Shown: in pieces, positions 31,154 through 41,977 of the stretch
Position numbering within the stretch: the stretch's first letter is position 1
Layout of the letters: every line of letters begins with the position of its first letter
Source: an uncultured delta proteobacterium
Lineage (GTDB): Bacteria > Desulfobacterota > Binatia > UBA9968
NCBI GenBank assembly: GCA_963804165.1
Contig: CAWDPO010000004.1
Span: 96,001 to 160,000 of the forward strand
Length of the DNA stretch: 64,000 bases
Direction: 5' to 3'
Program-made: the position numbers and the translations under genes
Notes under the pieces: model-generated
Databases searched by the model: none
The model's input: the letters and a program-made list of their open reading frames with translations, nothing else
What the model was told of the DNA's origin: nothing

Positions 31154-31666
31154 CTAATATAGTGATTCCACGTATTGATTGACTGGCTCCGGCAGTAGGT
31201 CTTGTGGGTGATCGCCACCCATGGTTGTCCATTTACTTTTTCCAACTATAACTGCGGAAGCGATCTCGGCTCCTAAAGCAACATCGTATATAGAGATCTT
31301 GAGTTCAATTCTATCTGGTATGCCGGACCATTCAGTGGCTCGGTCTTCCCAATGCAAAATGTCTGGCTCAGCAAAATATGCGTACTTCTCGGTTGGTATG
31401 ATCTTTAAAGATTCGAGTCCTAAGCAGTCCTCTGATATGTAGATATTATTCGAAAACCGAGAGAATGCGGCCTTTAACGTATTTGCCGTCATTTTCCCAG
31501 AGTTTTTGTATTCAATTTTACCATACCACCCGTTCTTTGAAGTCGAAATAAAAACACCTTTGGCGCGTTCAAGCTTTGATAAAGGGCTTTTTAGAATCTG
31601 CTGATTATAGCTTGCTGCACACCCCGAAAGAAAAATACCTATCGAAACGATAAGTAGCACGTTCAT
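31154..31666 (-). CDS. Lipoprotein, DUF4823-like
   Basis: Lipobox LSGC; ILHWEDRATEWSGIPD and GGDHPQDLL; AT-rich codons. Confidence 0.8.
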   Translation of the reverse strand: MNVLLIVSIGIFLSGCAASYNQQILKSPLSKLERAKGVFISTSKNGWYGKIEYKNSGKMTANTLKAAFSRFSNNIYISEDCLGLESLKIIPTEKYAYFAEPDILHWEDRATEWSGIPDRIELKISIYDVALGAEIASAVIVGKSKWTTMGGDHPQDLLPEPVNQYVESLY

Positions 31667-32059
31667 TATATATCCTCTTTGACTTAGTCTATTCGACTCT
31701 ACAATTGTGCACTTTTAGTGCTGTTAGCAAAATTCGTAATAGTAACGGCGTTCATGTGTCAACAAAGTCTAATCGGAAATAAATGGTGGCTGGCGACTAA
31801 AGTGATCCGCTCGAACTCACTTGACTCACTGGTCAACTTTCGATTTTTACCTACGCTAAGTGCCGAACGAGACATTGTCAATTAAAATTAGCGTTATGCC
31901 GAGACGTTCGGAAATAGTGACGGACGGGACGCAATTAGGCGAACCGCATTGCAATGCCAAGGTCTGTTTGTTGCGCACGACCCTAGAGGATTTCACTTAT
32001 TCTCCAATTAATCTGCATGCCTCTCATACGTTGGAGCGCGGCTACGAACTGGGGCCATA

Positions 32060-32200
32060 CCGGTACGTTTCCAGATGACGCCGTCCTCGTGGTGAGTCCT
32101 GAGCGGTTCGCGGTTCGGAGGCTTCCTCTCGACTCCCGTAGTAAATGTCAAACTTTGCGAGGCCCCCAGCAGAGCTGGGGGGTTTACCCACAATTAATTA
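32060..32200 (-). mobile_element. Remnant left end of an IS200/IS605-family element (no transposase)
   Basis: Minus strand TAATTA..GGTAAACCCCCCAGCTCTGCTGGGGGCCTCGCAAAGTTTGACATTTAC..GGAAGCCTCC..GAACCGCTCAGG: a GC hairpin and leader recalled from IS200-type ends. No TnpA ORF follows. Confidence 0.55.
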
Positions 32201-32303
32201 GATATCAAGCTTATCCGGAGCGTGTCTCGGCGAGTCGAGCTGACGACTTTATAGGTGTCGTCTCTAACAAAACGAAAGCGCAAACGAAATTGATGCTTCG
32301 AAT

Positions 32304-33248
32304 TTAAGTTCCGATCATCGCCGTCATCGCTTCCACGGTTTTCTTCAGTCCCTGCTCCACCCCTACCTTCGGGGCATAGCCGAGAATGCTTCGAGCTAGC
32401 TGAAGATCGGCCAGAGAATGCCGGACATCACCACTCCTAGCGGTCTCGTATCTAACCACGGCTTTAACGCCGAGTATCCGCTCCAGGGTCTGGATCAGAG
32501 TATTTAAGCTCGTACGTTCACCATACGCCACATTGAAAACTTTTCCGGCGGCTCCCACAGCATGGAGCGCGGATAAATTGACCTGGACGACGTTGTCGAC
32601 ATAGGTAAAGTCCCGCGACTGTTCACCATCACCGAACACAGTCAGTGGTTGACGCGCAAGAATGCGGCTGATGAATTTTGGGATAACTGCGGAATATTCG
32701 GAATCGGGGTCCTGGCCCGGTCCAAACACATTAAAATAGCGGAGGCAGATTGTCTCCAACCCATACAGATCGTTGTACAGCTGGCAGTAGCGCTCGCCGA
32801 CTAGTTTTTGCAGAGCATAAGGTGAGAGTGGATTGGGTGGCATATCTTCCCTCTTGGGTAGAATCTCTGTATCACCGTATGCGGAGGATGAAGCGGCGTA
32901 AACCAATCTTCGAACGCTGAACTTGCGGCAACTTTCGAGAAGATTCAAAGTCGCTGTAATATTAGCGCGATTGCTCGTAACGGGGTCTAGGATAGAGCGC
33001 TGAACGGACGGAATAGCGGCTTGGTGAATTACAAAATCGACGCCGGCAACGACACGGTCGCAAACGAGTGGCTCGGCAATATCAGCCTCGACAAATTCGA
33101 TCGCCGAAATGACATCCGCCACACGCTGGAGATTGCCGGTGGAAAGATTATCAACGACACGTACTCGATCGCCGTCTTGGACTAAACGTCGAACAATGTG
33201 CGCCCCTATAAAGCCGGCTCCCCCGGTTACTAGAACATGACCAGACAT
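32304..33248 (-). CDS. NAD-dependent UDP-sugar 4-epimerase (WbpP/GalE-like SDR)
   Basis: TGGAGFIG, AASSSAYG, SPYALQK, RYFNVFGP and GDGEQSRDF. Confidence 0.93.
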   Translation of the reverse strand: MSGHVLVTGGAGFIGAHIVRRLVQDGDRVRVVDNLSTGNLQRVADVISAIEFVEADIAEPLVCDRVVAGVDFVIHQAAIPSVQRSILDPVTSNRANITATLNLLESCRKFSVRRLVYAASSSAYGDTEILPKREDMPPNPLSPYALQKLVGERYCQLYNDLYGLETICLRYFNVFGPGQDPDSEYSAVIPKFISRILARQPLTVFGDGEQSRDFTYVDNVVQVNLSALHAVGAAGKVFNVAYGERTSLNTLIQTLERILGVKAVVRYETARSGDVRHSLADLQLARSILGYAPKVGVEQGLKKTVEAMTAMIGT

Positions 33249-33709
33249 TGTTCACACACGTACATTCAAATAAGTCTCACAGAGATCACGTTAGTATGAT
33301 TACAAATCGGGATATTTTTTGTGTCAAATTTGGTATGCTCACTTCTCACAACCCGTTCTCGTTACCGAGAGAAATTTCGGCGCCACTGGAGGGATATATA
33401 CTCCCGTCGGAAGTTGTCACAATACAACATCACGCTTGCAATTCCAACGGTACGCGCTACGCGTTTTGGTTTTCAATTTGAAGGTTGATACCAATCAGAA
33501 ATTAGGACTTCGATTCCCGACCCAACAACGAGCTAGGACTCCTCTGCGCAACCTACACAGCTATTCCAGATCGCTGAGCCACTCAACCTGCCCGATTGCG
33601 TCCGGGTAAGCGCAAATAAACCACCAAAGTCTAGCCGTTGAGCTTCAATGAATTGTTCAACCCCTACGACAGTTGCCATTTTTATTAGTCTCGACCTAGT
33701 CACCGCCGC

Positions 33710-34639
33710 TTAGTTCTTGGCGGGTTGGTATTCTTTAACGAAATAAAGCGGCCGGTGTTTGGTTTCATCGAACATTCTGCCCAAATATTCGCCTAACACG
33801 CCGATGGTCGTCAGTTGGATGCCACCGAGAAACAAAATCACGACCATCAGCGAAGGATAACCGGCGACCGGGTCGCCATGCGCCAAGGTTTTGTAGATCA
33901 CCCACACCGCGTATACAAAAGCCGCAAAAGCAGTCGTAATCCCTAAGTACGTAGCAACTTTCAATGGAGCAATGGTAAACGATGTGAAACCTTCGAGCGC
34001 AAAGTTCCAAAGTCTCCAATAATTCCACTTGCTCTGGCCCGCTTGACGCGGGTCGCGCTGATAGGGTACTGCCTTTTGCGGAAACCCGATCCAGGCGTAA
34101 AGTCCTTTCATGAATCGGTGTTGCTCACGCAACTCTTTAAGTGCATCCAGAGCGCGCCGACTCAGCAAACGAAAGTCCCCGGTGTCGACCGGTATTTTGA
34201 TGCGCGTCGCCCCCTGTATCAGACGATAAAACAAAAAGGCACTCGTCTTCTTGAACGCCCCCTCTCCGGCTCGGCTGACGCGCTGGGCGTAAACGACGTC
34301 AAAGCCTTCGCGGTAGTGCTTGATAAATTCCGGTATCAGTTCAGGCGGATCCTGCAAATCAGCATCAATCACGATGACCGCGTCGCCTTCCGCATAGTCG
34401 AATCCGGCGGTCATGGCAATTTCCTTGCCGAAGTTCCGACTAAGATCGACGATGGCAACCCGGGTATCACCTTGGCGGAAAGTGTTTATGATCCCGAGAG
34501 TACGATCCAGGCTGCCATCGTTGACGTAAATAATTTTGGTCTCACAGTCGAGCTTGTCGAGCACCCTGCTCAAACGAGAGTGAAAGTCCGGCAAGACCTC
34601 TTCTTCGTTGTAGGTGGGCACGATAATTGAGAGAAGCAT
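33710..34639 (-). CDS. GT2 polyprenol-phosphate glycosyltransferase (GtrB/DPM1-like)
   Basis: VPTYNEE, VNDGSLD, SRNFGKE, IDADLQDPPE, two C-terminal TMs and GEYLGR. Confidence 0.92.
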   Translation of the reverse strand: MLLSIIVPTYNEEEVLPDFHSRLSRVLDKLDCETKIIYVNDGSLDRTLGIINTFRQGDTRVAIVDLSRNFGKEIAMTAGFDYAEGDAVIVIDADLQDPPELIPEFIKHYREGFDVVYAQRVSRAGEGAFKKTSAFLFYRLIQGATRIKIPVDTGDFRLLSRRALDALKELREQHRFMKGLYAWIGFPQKAVPYQRDPRQAGQSKWNYWRLWNFALEGFTSFTIAPLKVATYLGITTAFAAFVYAVWVIYKTLAHGDPVAGYPSLMVVILFLGGIQLTTIGVLGEYLGRMFDETKHRPLYFVKEYQPAKN

Positions 34640-34684
34640 GCTAATCTCGTCTATTGACGACTTCCTTACTTCTTTCGCTGCACA

Positions 34685-35614
34685 CTAAAACCGAATATGT
34701 CCTTTTTTCTCCAAGTAATCTTTGAGCGCTTGTTGCCAGGTGGGTGGCGGTTTATGAAACAACTCCGGAGTCCTCTGGCTGATCAACGATGAATTAGCGG
34801 GACGGCGCGCTTTGGTGGGATATTCGTTGCCAAGAATGGGTTCCAAGCTCGCCTTAATACCGGTGAGCTTGAGAATCTGCCGGGCGAATTCACACCAGGT
34901 GCAAGCACCCCCGTTTGCCGCGTGTACTATGCCCGTCACATCGTCTTGAAGTAGCTGGCGCAAGACTTTGGCCGCGTCCCGTGTGTACGTCGGCGATATT
35001 CGGATATCGTCGACGATCTTAAGCGGATCTCCCATTTTTGCCTTCGTCAGTATCGTTTCAATAAAGTTTCCGCCTTTGCCACGCGATCCGGTTATGCCAA
35101 ACAGGCTCGCGACTCTGACGATCAACCAGCGCGGCGCGGTTTGGTGTACCAAGTTTTCACCGGCGAGTTTCGATGCTCCGTAAACGTTGATCGGATTCGT
35201 TTGATCCGACTCGACATAGGCACTTTCCTTCATTCCGTCGAATACGTAATCCGTACTAATATACACGCAGCGGGCATCAATTGTCGCACACGCACGCGCC
35301 ACATTGAATGCGCCAATAGCATTGACCTCAAATGCAAGGTTCGCTTGTTCTTCACAATCATCGACGCGAACAAAGGCTGCGCAATTGATGACGGTGTGGG
35401 GACGCAATTTCAGGACGACCCGACTTACCGCATCCGCTTTCGTGCAATCGGCGTCTTCGTGACTCAGAGGCACGACGTCAAAATTGGCCTCTTGCCGTAG
35501 GACTTCGACCAGGTCAGTTCCGAACTGGCCGGTGCTACCGAAAATCACGATTTTACGCTTCCTCCTTGCTGGCAAAATTCCGCCTCGTTCTCCATGCTGC
35601 AGGTTGCATGGCAT
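34685..35614 (-). CDS. rfbD: dTDP-4-dehydrorhamnose reductase
   Basis: GSTGQFG, NCAA, YISTDYVFDG, YGASKLAGE and RRPANS. Confidence 0.93.
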   Translation of the reverse strand: MPCNLQHGERGGILPARRKRKIVIFGSTGQFGTDLVEVLRQEANFDVVPLSHEDADCTKADAVSRVVLKLRPHTVINCAAFVRVDDCEEQANLAFEVNAIGAFNVARACATIDARCVYISTDYVFDGMKESAYVESDQTNPINVYGASKLAGENLVHQTAPRWLIVRVASLFGITGSRGKGGNFIETILTKAKMGDPLKIVDDIRISPTYTRDAAKVLRQLLQDDVTGIVHAANGGACTWCEFARQILKLTGIKASLEPILGNEYPTKARRPANSSLISQRTPELFHKPPPTWQQALKDYLEKKGHIRF

Positions 35615-35644
35615 CGCGCGCCAAGCGCTTCGAGTTCGTGCTTT

Positions 35645-36688
35645 CTAACCTCGTGCCCAATCCCGGGAATACACGGAATCATAGTACGTTCGATACTCGC
35701 CAGAGATCACATGATCCATCCAGTCCGCGTGATCCAGATACCAGTCCACGGTTTGTTTCAACGCAGCGGAAAAAACCATGCGTGGCTTCCAGCCAGTCTC
35801 AGAGGAAATCTTAGACGTGTCGATGGCGTAACGGCGATCGTGTCCCGGACGATCGGTGACGAAGCGGATGCGCTGCTTAAGCGTATTCAAGTCCATGCTC
35901 TTTCGTTCGGCTATAGCAGCACAGATCGATTCGACGACATCCAATTGGTACGCTCTTCGGCCGGTCCCAATGTTGTAAATCGAACCCACTTGTCCTTTTT
36001 CCAACACTGTAAGAATACCGCGGCAATTATCCTCAACGAAAAGCCAGTCGCGAACTTGTTTCCCGTCGCCATATACCGGAAATTCCAAGCCATTGAGACC
36101 GTTGCGCATGAGTAACGGGATGAGTTTTTCCGGAAACTGATACGGTCCATAGTTATTGGAGCTGCGGGTCACTAGGATCGGTAAACCATATGTGCGGCGA
36201 TATGAAGAACAGAGCAGGTCGGCAGCCGCCTTGGTCGCCGCGTAGGGACTGCTTGGACATAACTGTGAATCTTCCGTCGCCGGCTCCTTTCCCTCCTTAT
36301 CACCATAGACCTCGTCGGTGGAAATTTGCAGAAACCGCTCAACAGAGTGGGTCCGAATCGCATCGAGAAGCGATTGCACCCCGCCGATATTGGTTTGTAC
36401 GAAAGGAGAGGCGTCGAGAATGCTTCTATCGACGTGCGACTCGGCGGCGAAATTGACGATAGCCCAAGGTTTTTCCTTTTGGAGAATCCCTTCGACAAGC
36501 ATCCGGTCACAGATGTCTCCGTGCACGAAACGATGACGTTCAACGTCAATAGCAGCGACGTTTTCTAAGTTTCCCGCGTAAGTAAGTTTATCAAGATTGA
36601 TGACCCGCCAGTCCCTTTCGGCGTTCAGAAGCCTGACAAAGTTACTCCCGATAAATCCACAACCGCCCGTCACTAACAGGGTTTTCAT
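35645..36688 (-). CDS. rfbB: dTDP-glucose 4,6-dehydratase
   Basis: TGGCGFIGSNF, DKLTYAGN, AAESHVDRSI, STDEVYG and DRPGHDRRYA. Confidence 0.97.
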   Translation of the reverse strand: MKTLLVTGGCGFIGSNFVRLLNAERDWRVINLDKLTYAGNLENVAAIDVERHRFVHGDICDRMLVEGILQKEKPWAIVNFAAESHVDRSILDASPFVQTNIGGVQSLLDAIRTHSVERFLQISTDEVYGDKEGKEPATEDSQLCPSSPYAATKAAADLLCSSYRRTYGLPILVTRSSNNYGPYQFPEKLIPLLMRNGLNGLEFPVYGDGKQVRDWLFVEDNCRGILTVLEKGQVGSIYNIGTGRRAYQLDVVESICAAIAERKSMDLNTLKQRIRFVTDRPGHDRRYAIDTSKISSETGWKPRMVFSAALKQTVDWYLDHADWMDHVISGEYRTYYDSVYSRDWARG

Positions 36689-36856
36689 CTAACGGTTACC
36701 TCTTCAGAAAGCCTTTCAAAGCCCGCCCCGATAGCTCCGGGCGCTTAAAGTACCGCCGAGTGGGAGCCGCATATCATATAATCCGTTCACCGCTCGAATT
36801 TCAGGTTTAGGATACCGTCACGCGGATCACGGCTTTCAAACTCCCAACGGACTGCG

Positions 36857-37423
36857 TTAGGTTGTGCCATCGTAACGAAAGTTATTGTCTGCCCATTTTA
36901 GCGGTGGCCATGCAAGGTCTCGCGGTGCTAGCTGTGGCTCTGCCAACGGCCACTCAATGCCTAATTCAGGATCGTTCCACAGCACCCCCGCTTCATGTTT
37001 TGGTGCGTATTCCTCCGTCGACATGTACAAGATCTCCGCTTCCTCACTGGTTACGCAAAATCCATGCGCGAAACCCGCAGGTACGTACAGCATTCTCTTG
37101 TTTTTCTCCGAAAGCATTACCGCAATCCATTTCCCGTAGGTGGGCCCGCCCTGCCGCAAGTCGACGACAACATCGTAGATCTCACCCGAAAGCGCCCGCA
37201 CGAGCTTGCATTGGGCTTTCGGATGTTTCTGATAGTGCAATCCACGGAGGATTCCTTTTGAAGATTTCGAATGGTTGCTTTGCACGAACGTCCCCGAGAC
37301 CCCGTGCGCCGCAAATTCGGAACGCTTGTAAGTTTCCATGAAAAAACCTCGCTGGTCTGGAAAAACCCGAGGATCAATCACGATGACTTCAGGGATCTCG
37401 GTGGGACTGAAGCAGAAAGGCAT
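36857..37423 (-). CDS. rfbC: dTDP-4-dehydrorhamnose 3,5-epimerase
   Basis: DQRGFFMETY, LRGLHYQ and PAGFAHGF. Confidence 0.97.
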   Translation of the reverse strand: MPFCFSPTEIPEVIVIDPRVFPDQRGFFMETYKRSEFAAHGVSGTFVQSNHSKSSKGILRGLHYQKHPKAQCKLVRALSGEIYDVVVDLRQGGPTYGKWIAVMLSEKNKRMLYVPAGFAHGFCVTSEEAEILYMSTEEYAPKHEAGVLWNDPELGIEWPLAEPQLAPRDLAWPPLKWADNNFRYDGTT

Positions 37424-38502
37424 TACAGTAAGACTTCGGAATCGTCGCCGATCATAAGCCGATAGGCTTGATGAATTGCGTGATTTCTGAGGACGACAGA
37501 ATTTTTCCCGATTAGACTGTCTTCCAGGCGATCGACCTGCTCAATTCGTGCATTTTCCAGTAAGACGCAATGCTCCAGGACAGACGACATGATTTGGCAA
37601 CCGTTTCCAATCGATGTAAATGGTCCTACAAAGGAATTTTCAACGAGCACGTTTTCGCCGATCACGGCGGGACCGCGAACCGTGCTATTAACAACGCGGC
37701 TACCGCGCCCCAACTGCACACGGCCCGTGACTTGACTTTGCGCGTCGACTTCTCCGTCAATGCGCCTTTTTACCCATTCGTCCAGTACCACGGTGTTGGC
37801 GGTAAGCAAATCGTCTTTCTTTCCTGTATCCAACCACCAAGCATCAATGCGGTCGCTCAAGACTTTACCCCCGGCGTCGAGCAGCGCTTGAATCGCGTCC
37901 GTGATTTCGAGCTCGCCGCGCCATGAGGGCGAGATTACGTTAATCGCCTTATGAATCTGGCCAGTGAAAAAGTAAATACCGACCAAGGCTAAGTTGGATT
38001 TTGGCTCTTTAGGTTTTTCAACTAAACGAACGACCCTTTGGTCGTGATCAACCTCCGCGATTCCGAAACTCGAAGGATTCTCGACTTCCTTGAGCAAGAT
38101 CGAAGCGTCGGCTCCGGATAATTCGAATTTCTCCCGATATCGTCTGATCCCGGACCCTATTAGATTGTCACCGAGATACATGACAAAGGAATCAGATTCC
38201 AGGTACGGCTGTGCAACCTTGACCGCGTGAGCGAGACCAAGAGGTTCGTTTTGGAGTATGTAATCAACCCTCAATCCCCAGAGCCGACCTACACCCACAG
38301 CCTCCCGCACGGCGTTGCCTGTCTCCGGCGAGATCACGATTCCCACTTCTTCAATGCCGGCATTTTTGAGGTTGTCCAATACGTGAAATAAAATAGGGCG
38401 ATTCCCCACTGGCACAAGCTGCTTCGCGGCGGTGTGGGTAAGAGGTCGCAGCCTTGTGCCTCGACCTCCGCTTAAGATCAGTCCTTTCATTTTCACGTCC
38501 AT
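37423..38502 (-). CDS. rfbA: Glucose-1-phosphate thymidylyltransferase (long form)
   Basis: LSGGRGTRLRPLT, KQLVPV, PLGLAHAV, RGELEITDAIQ and WWLDTGK. Confidence 0.96.
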   Translation of the reverse strand: MDVKMKGLILSGGRGTRLRPLTHTAAKQLVPVGNRPILFHVLDNLKNAGIEEVGIVISPETGNAVREAVGVGRLWGLRVDYILQNEPLGLAHAVKVAQPYLESDSFVMYLGDNLIGSGIRRYREKFELSGADASILLKEVENPSSFGIAEVDHDQRVVRLVEKPKEPKSNLALVGIYFFTGQIHKAINVISPSWRGELEITDAIQALLDAGGKVLSDRIDAWWLDTGKKDDLLTANTVVLDEWVKRRIDGEVDAQSQVTGRVQLGRGSRVVNSTVRGPAVIGENVLVENSFVGPFTSIGNGCQIMSSVLEHCVLLENARIEQVDRLEDSLIGKNSVVLRNHAIHQAYRLMIGDDSEVLL

Positions 38503-39141
38503 AAACGCAGAGCTCAGTAAGAGCTGGACAAGGCCGTTCCTAAAGAATCGCCGATTGGAGACCGATGGTGTGAGGCAAATTTCATAGGTGCAGGACCCGC
38601 CATACCAGTCTCACTCGCCCAGTAAACCTACGGGCATGATAGCCGTATCAAGTTGAATTGCGCAATGGTTATCACTCGTGGATTTGGCTATTATTTGCGT
38701 CAGCGGCGGAAGAACATCACGACGGGAGTCAAGCGAAAGCGTATCGGGATTAGGAGCGATTTGAGATCCTCCGATTTACCAGATCAGAACCGTCCACCAA
38801 TACACAAGAAGTTTCTGACTTAGCGCGGCAAAGTTTCAATGGACGAAGCACGCCATAAAATTGCATTACGGTGGCGGGATCAATATTGTTCACAGTGATG
38901 TACGCTGGTTGGCAAAAACAACACGATCCATAGCGAGGCGAGGATTATACACCACGAATGAGACGGAGTGACACTAGATACCTACGCTCAAATTAGCAGG
39001 GACGGCCGCTCAAAAGCCGGGGCATTGTTGGTCTCAATTCAAACACTCCAAATAACGCAAGATGATCGAAGGTCCTAAGGTAGTACGGAGCTCACCGAGA
39101 ACCAAGGACCGTCGAATCCGGCAAAATTCGAAACATAATTC

Positions 39142-40086
39142 CTAATGACGCTCCGGGCTTGAATAATAGTAGTAATCCTTTGAACCGAGATCGACGTCGG
39201 CTCCGTTTAAAACGATTCCCAAAATTTTGTTAGAATTTAGAGATCTCAACGCCTTAGCAACATAGTCTTTCGGAGTCTTGCCGGCACGGATGACCATAAT
39301 AACACCATCCACTTGCTTACTCAGAAGCAAAGGATCGGGAGCCGCGAGAACGGGTGGTGAATCAATGAGAATCATATCCCCTGGCATGTTCTTCCGAATA
39401 TCGTCAATCATCCGCCGGATTCGTTCTTTCCCGAGCAATCCCGAAGTGGAACGCGACGGTTTCCCGGCGGGAATAATTCGCAAGCCAGCAAGATGCGTCT
39501 CCCGGATCAGACTCTCAATTCCTATTGGCGATTTTGCACCAAGGTAGTCTGCAAGTCCTGGAGATAGACTTTCATTGAAGTATCGATGGACAATCGGCGC
39601 CCGTAAATCGGTATCGATCAGGAGAACTTTCTCCTCGTCCTCCATGGCAATTGCTGCGGCCAAGTTCACAGCGACCGTGGTTTTCCCGTCACGTTTACCC
39701 GGGCTGGTAATGGCAATCGTCCGAATACCCGATTCGGTGCGTAGCCGTTTGAGCTGTTTTCGGAGAATCATGTACTGTTCTAAAGCCGGCGACTCCTCGT
39801 CCAAAGCGACAATCGGATGTGTTGTATATCGCCGTAAATCCCAACCAGAAACCAATTCTGTTAACCTGTCTCGCCATGACTTGCGGGTGAATGTTGGCCT
39901 TAGTAAGGGCGCCGAAATCTCATGATTTGCGCCATGACGACCCGTGGAGGGCTTTGGGTTAGACGACACACCACCTATTAGCGCAACATCCTCCCCGACT
40001 TTGTAATCCTGATCTTTTGTGAATTTCTCCGGCTGCCGTTCGCGTTCTTGATTAGCTTTAGTTAATGCTTCAAACACTCTGCTCAT
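39142..40086 (-). CDS. CpsD/CapB-family bacterial tyrosine (BY) kinase
   Basis: MSRVFEAL N-terminus, TSPGKRDGKTT, LLIDTDLR, ILIDSPP and C-terminal YYYY cluster. Confidence 0.92.
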   Translation of the reverse strand: MSRVFEALTKANQERERQPEKFTKDQDYKVGEDVALIGGVSSNPKPSTGRHGANHEISAPLLRPTFTRKSWRDRLTELVSGWDLRRYTTHPIVALDEESPALEQYMILRKQLKRLRTESGIRTIAITSPGKRDGKTTVAVNLAAAIAMEDEEKVLLIDTDLRAPIVHRYFNESLSPGLADYLGAKSPIGIESLIRETHLAGLRIIPAGKPSRSTSGLLGKERIRRMIDDIRKNMPGDMILIDSPPVLAAPDPLLLSKQVDGVIMVIRAGKTPKDYVAKALRSLNSNKILGIVLNGADVDLGSKDYYYYSSPERH

Positions 40087-40264
40087 GCGTCGATCTCCAC
40101 ACCATCTAAACCTTCAACCTCTAGAATCACGACGTCAGTCGATGCACTTCGCATTTCTTGAAAGGAATGACGACGGGGTGACGAACCGCCCGCAAAACAC
40201 CATCTTGCATCAGCCTCACCTCTCGAGCCAAAGTGACATTCAGTGAGTAATAATATCAAGCCCT

Positions 40265-41479
40265 TTATTGACCCCTTATCCGTTCGGACATGCTGTGGCG
40301 AAATCGTTCCCTGATCGATTCATCGAAAATTTCGTGGCTTACGGATTCGATTAATCCACCAATTTTCTCTCGAGGGAAACGGTCCAAGGTATATCCCAGA
40401 AGCTTCGTATGCTCCGACAAAACGATGTGGGCCATAGGACCCATCGCGTCGACGAGCGCTTCACGCAAAGTGGCGAGAAATTTTTCGGAAATAACGCCGA
40501 AATTGAGTATTCCGTTGGCATGATCGGCGACCGCCATACTGCGATTACCCTTGACCAATTGCACCGCCTGCGGCTTAACTATTTCAGTTCGCGTCGAACC
40601 GCGGGGTTCAACCCGTGATGCACTGTCTCGTCGAATTGCTGGTAATCGAGTTACCGTCCCGGATAGGCTGAGATCATCGGCCACTTCTTGAACGAGTGCC
40701 AATTCAATCTCTTTTTTGTCTAGCGCATAGGCATTAATCATCGCATTGTCGCAAATCACATTAATCAGACGCGGAATCCCGCCGGAATATTGATGAATTC
40801 CTTCAATCGCTTTCGCTCCGAACAGAATCGGATTTCCGCCGGCATGTTTCAAGCGATTGGTGATATATTCTTGGCATTCGCTAAGCGCAAGGGGGCGGAG
40901 ATGGTGCCGCAGCGTGACCCGCTGCTTTAATTGCCGCAGTTGCGGAGCATTCAATCGCTCGTTTAGTTCCGGCTGTCCAACAAGCAAAATCTGCAAAAGC
41001 TTGTCTTTCGTGGTTTCAAAATTTGAAAGCTGTCGAATACTCTCCAAGACTTCAGCCGACAGGTTCTGCGCCTCATCGATAATGAGCGCCGCATTCTCCC
41101 CGTCACGATACTTCACCAATAAGAACTCATTCAGCAGGCAAATATAATCGTGCAATTCTTTTACTTCTTGCAGGGGTTCAATGAGTTTGAACTCTTCACA
41201 AACATATCGAAGGAGATCGAGCGGGCTCGTGATGGCGCTGAAAATCAATGCTGATTGAGTGCCCTCGCCGAGACGACTGAGTAGCGTTTGGATCAGGGTC
41301 GTCTTTCCTGTCCCAACCTCGCCTGTCAACACGATAAAGCCGCGGCGTGCGTTGATGCCGTAGGTTAGCTGCGCTAGGCCCTCCTGATGGCTTGCGCTAA
41401 GGTAGAGGAAACTGGGATCTGGAGTGATATTGAAAGGCGCTTCGCTAAGGCCGAAATATGAATTGTAGATAGGGACCAT
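40265..41479 (-). CDS. ExeA/GspA-family AAA ATPase with C-terminal 'MGPMA' domain
   Basis: YFGLSEAPFNITPDP, GEVGTGKTT, IIDEAQNL, LVGQPEL and SGGIPRLINVICD. Confidence 0.92.
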   Translation of the reverse strand: MVPIYNSYFGLSEAPFNITPDPSFLYLSASHQEGLAQLTYGINARRGFIVLTGEVGTGKTTLIQTLLSRLGEGTQSALIFSAITSPLDLLRYVCEEFKLIEPLQEVKELHDYICLLNEFLLVKYRDGENAALIIDEAQNLSAEVLESIRQLSNFETTKDKLLQILLVGQPELNERLNAPQLRQLKQRVTLRHHLRPLALSECQEYITNRLKHAGGNPILFGAKAIEGIHQYSGGIPRLINVICDNAMINAYALDKKEIELALVQEVADDLSLSGTVTRLPAIRRDSASRVEPRGSTRTEIVKPQAVQLVKGNRSMAVADHANGILNFGVISEKFLATLREALVDAMGPMAHIVLSEHTKLLGYTLDRFPREKIGGLIESVSHEIFDESIRERFRHSMSERIRGQ

Positions 41480-41977
41480 GTATGCTCTCTTAAAACAACC
41501 GCGCCACAAACAAGCGATCAACTAGTGCACTCCGAGACGATGTCCCGCGTATTGCTCGATCGCGACGACGTTCAAGTACCGTTCCCCTGAAAACAATTGA
41601 GGCTAGATTCAAGAAGACAGCCATAAACAACGCTCACCGCATCCCGCCTGTATTTGAAACCAAGTCAAAAACCCGAAGGGAAAGCCGCCGCAAGACCTAC
41701 AACGAATCGGGCAATCAATCCCGAGAAAGCATGAACCGCGGATTTCGTATGCCCTGCAAAAGAAATCGGTTCGCCCGATTCATTGCCTAAGACGGCTCCC
41801 CATTCGGTATTCATTTCCACTTCTCCGAGCATTGGCATGTCAAGGCCCTTGCTGACAGATCCTGGCATTCATTGTACATTATGCATAACTTTCCGAGACT
41901 TAAACCCGTGCTCTAGGGTATTCACGACCCGACTTTGAGGAAACGGCGAAGCTTCCGTGACCCGACCTTAGAGGGAA

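Noticed and set aside
31782-31820. TGGTGG...TCGAACTCAC as the reverse complement of a tRNA 3' end or att site
   Set aside because: Spacing and stems do not fit, and no integrase is present.
33611-33626. Minus-strand TGGTGGTTTATTTGCG as a sigma-54 site
   Set aside because: Spacing is right, but the -24 match is poor and it is about 360 bp from the next gene.
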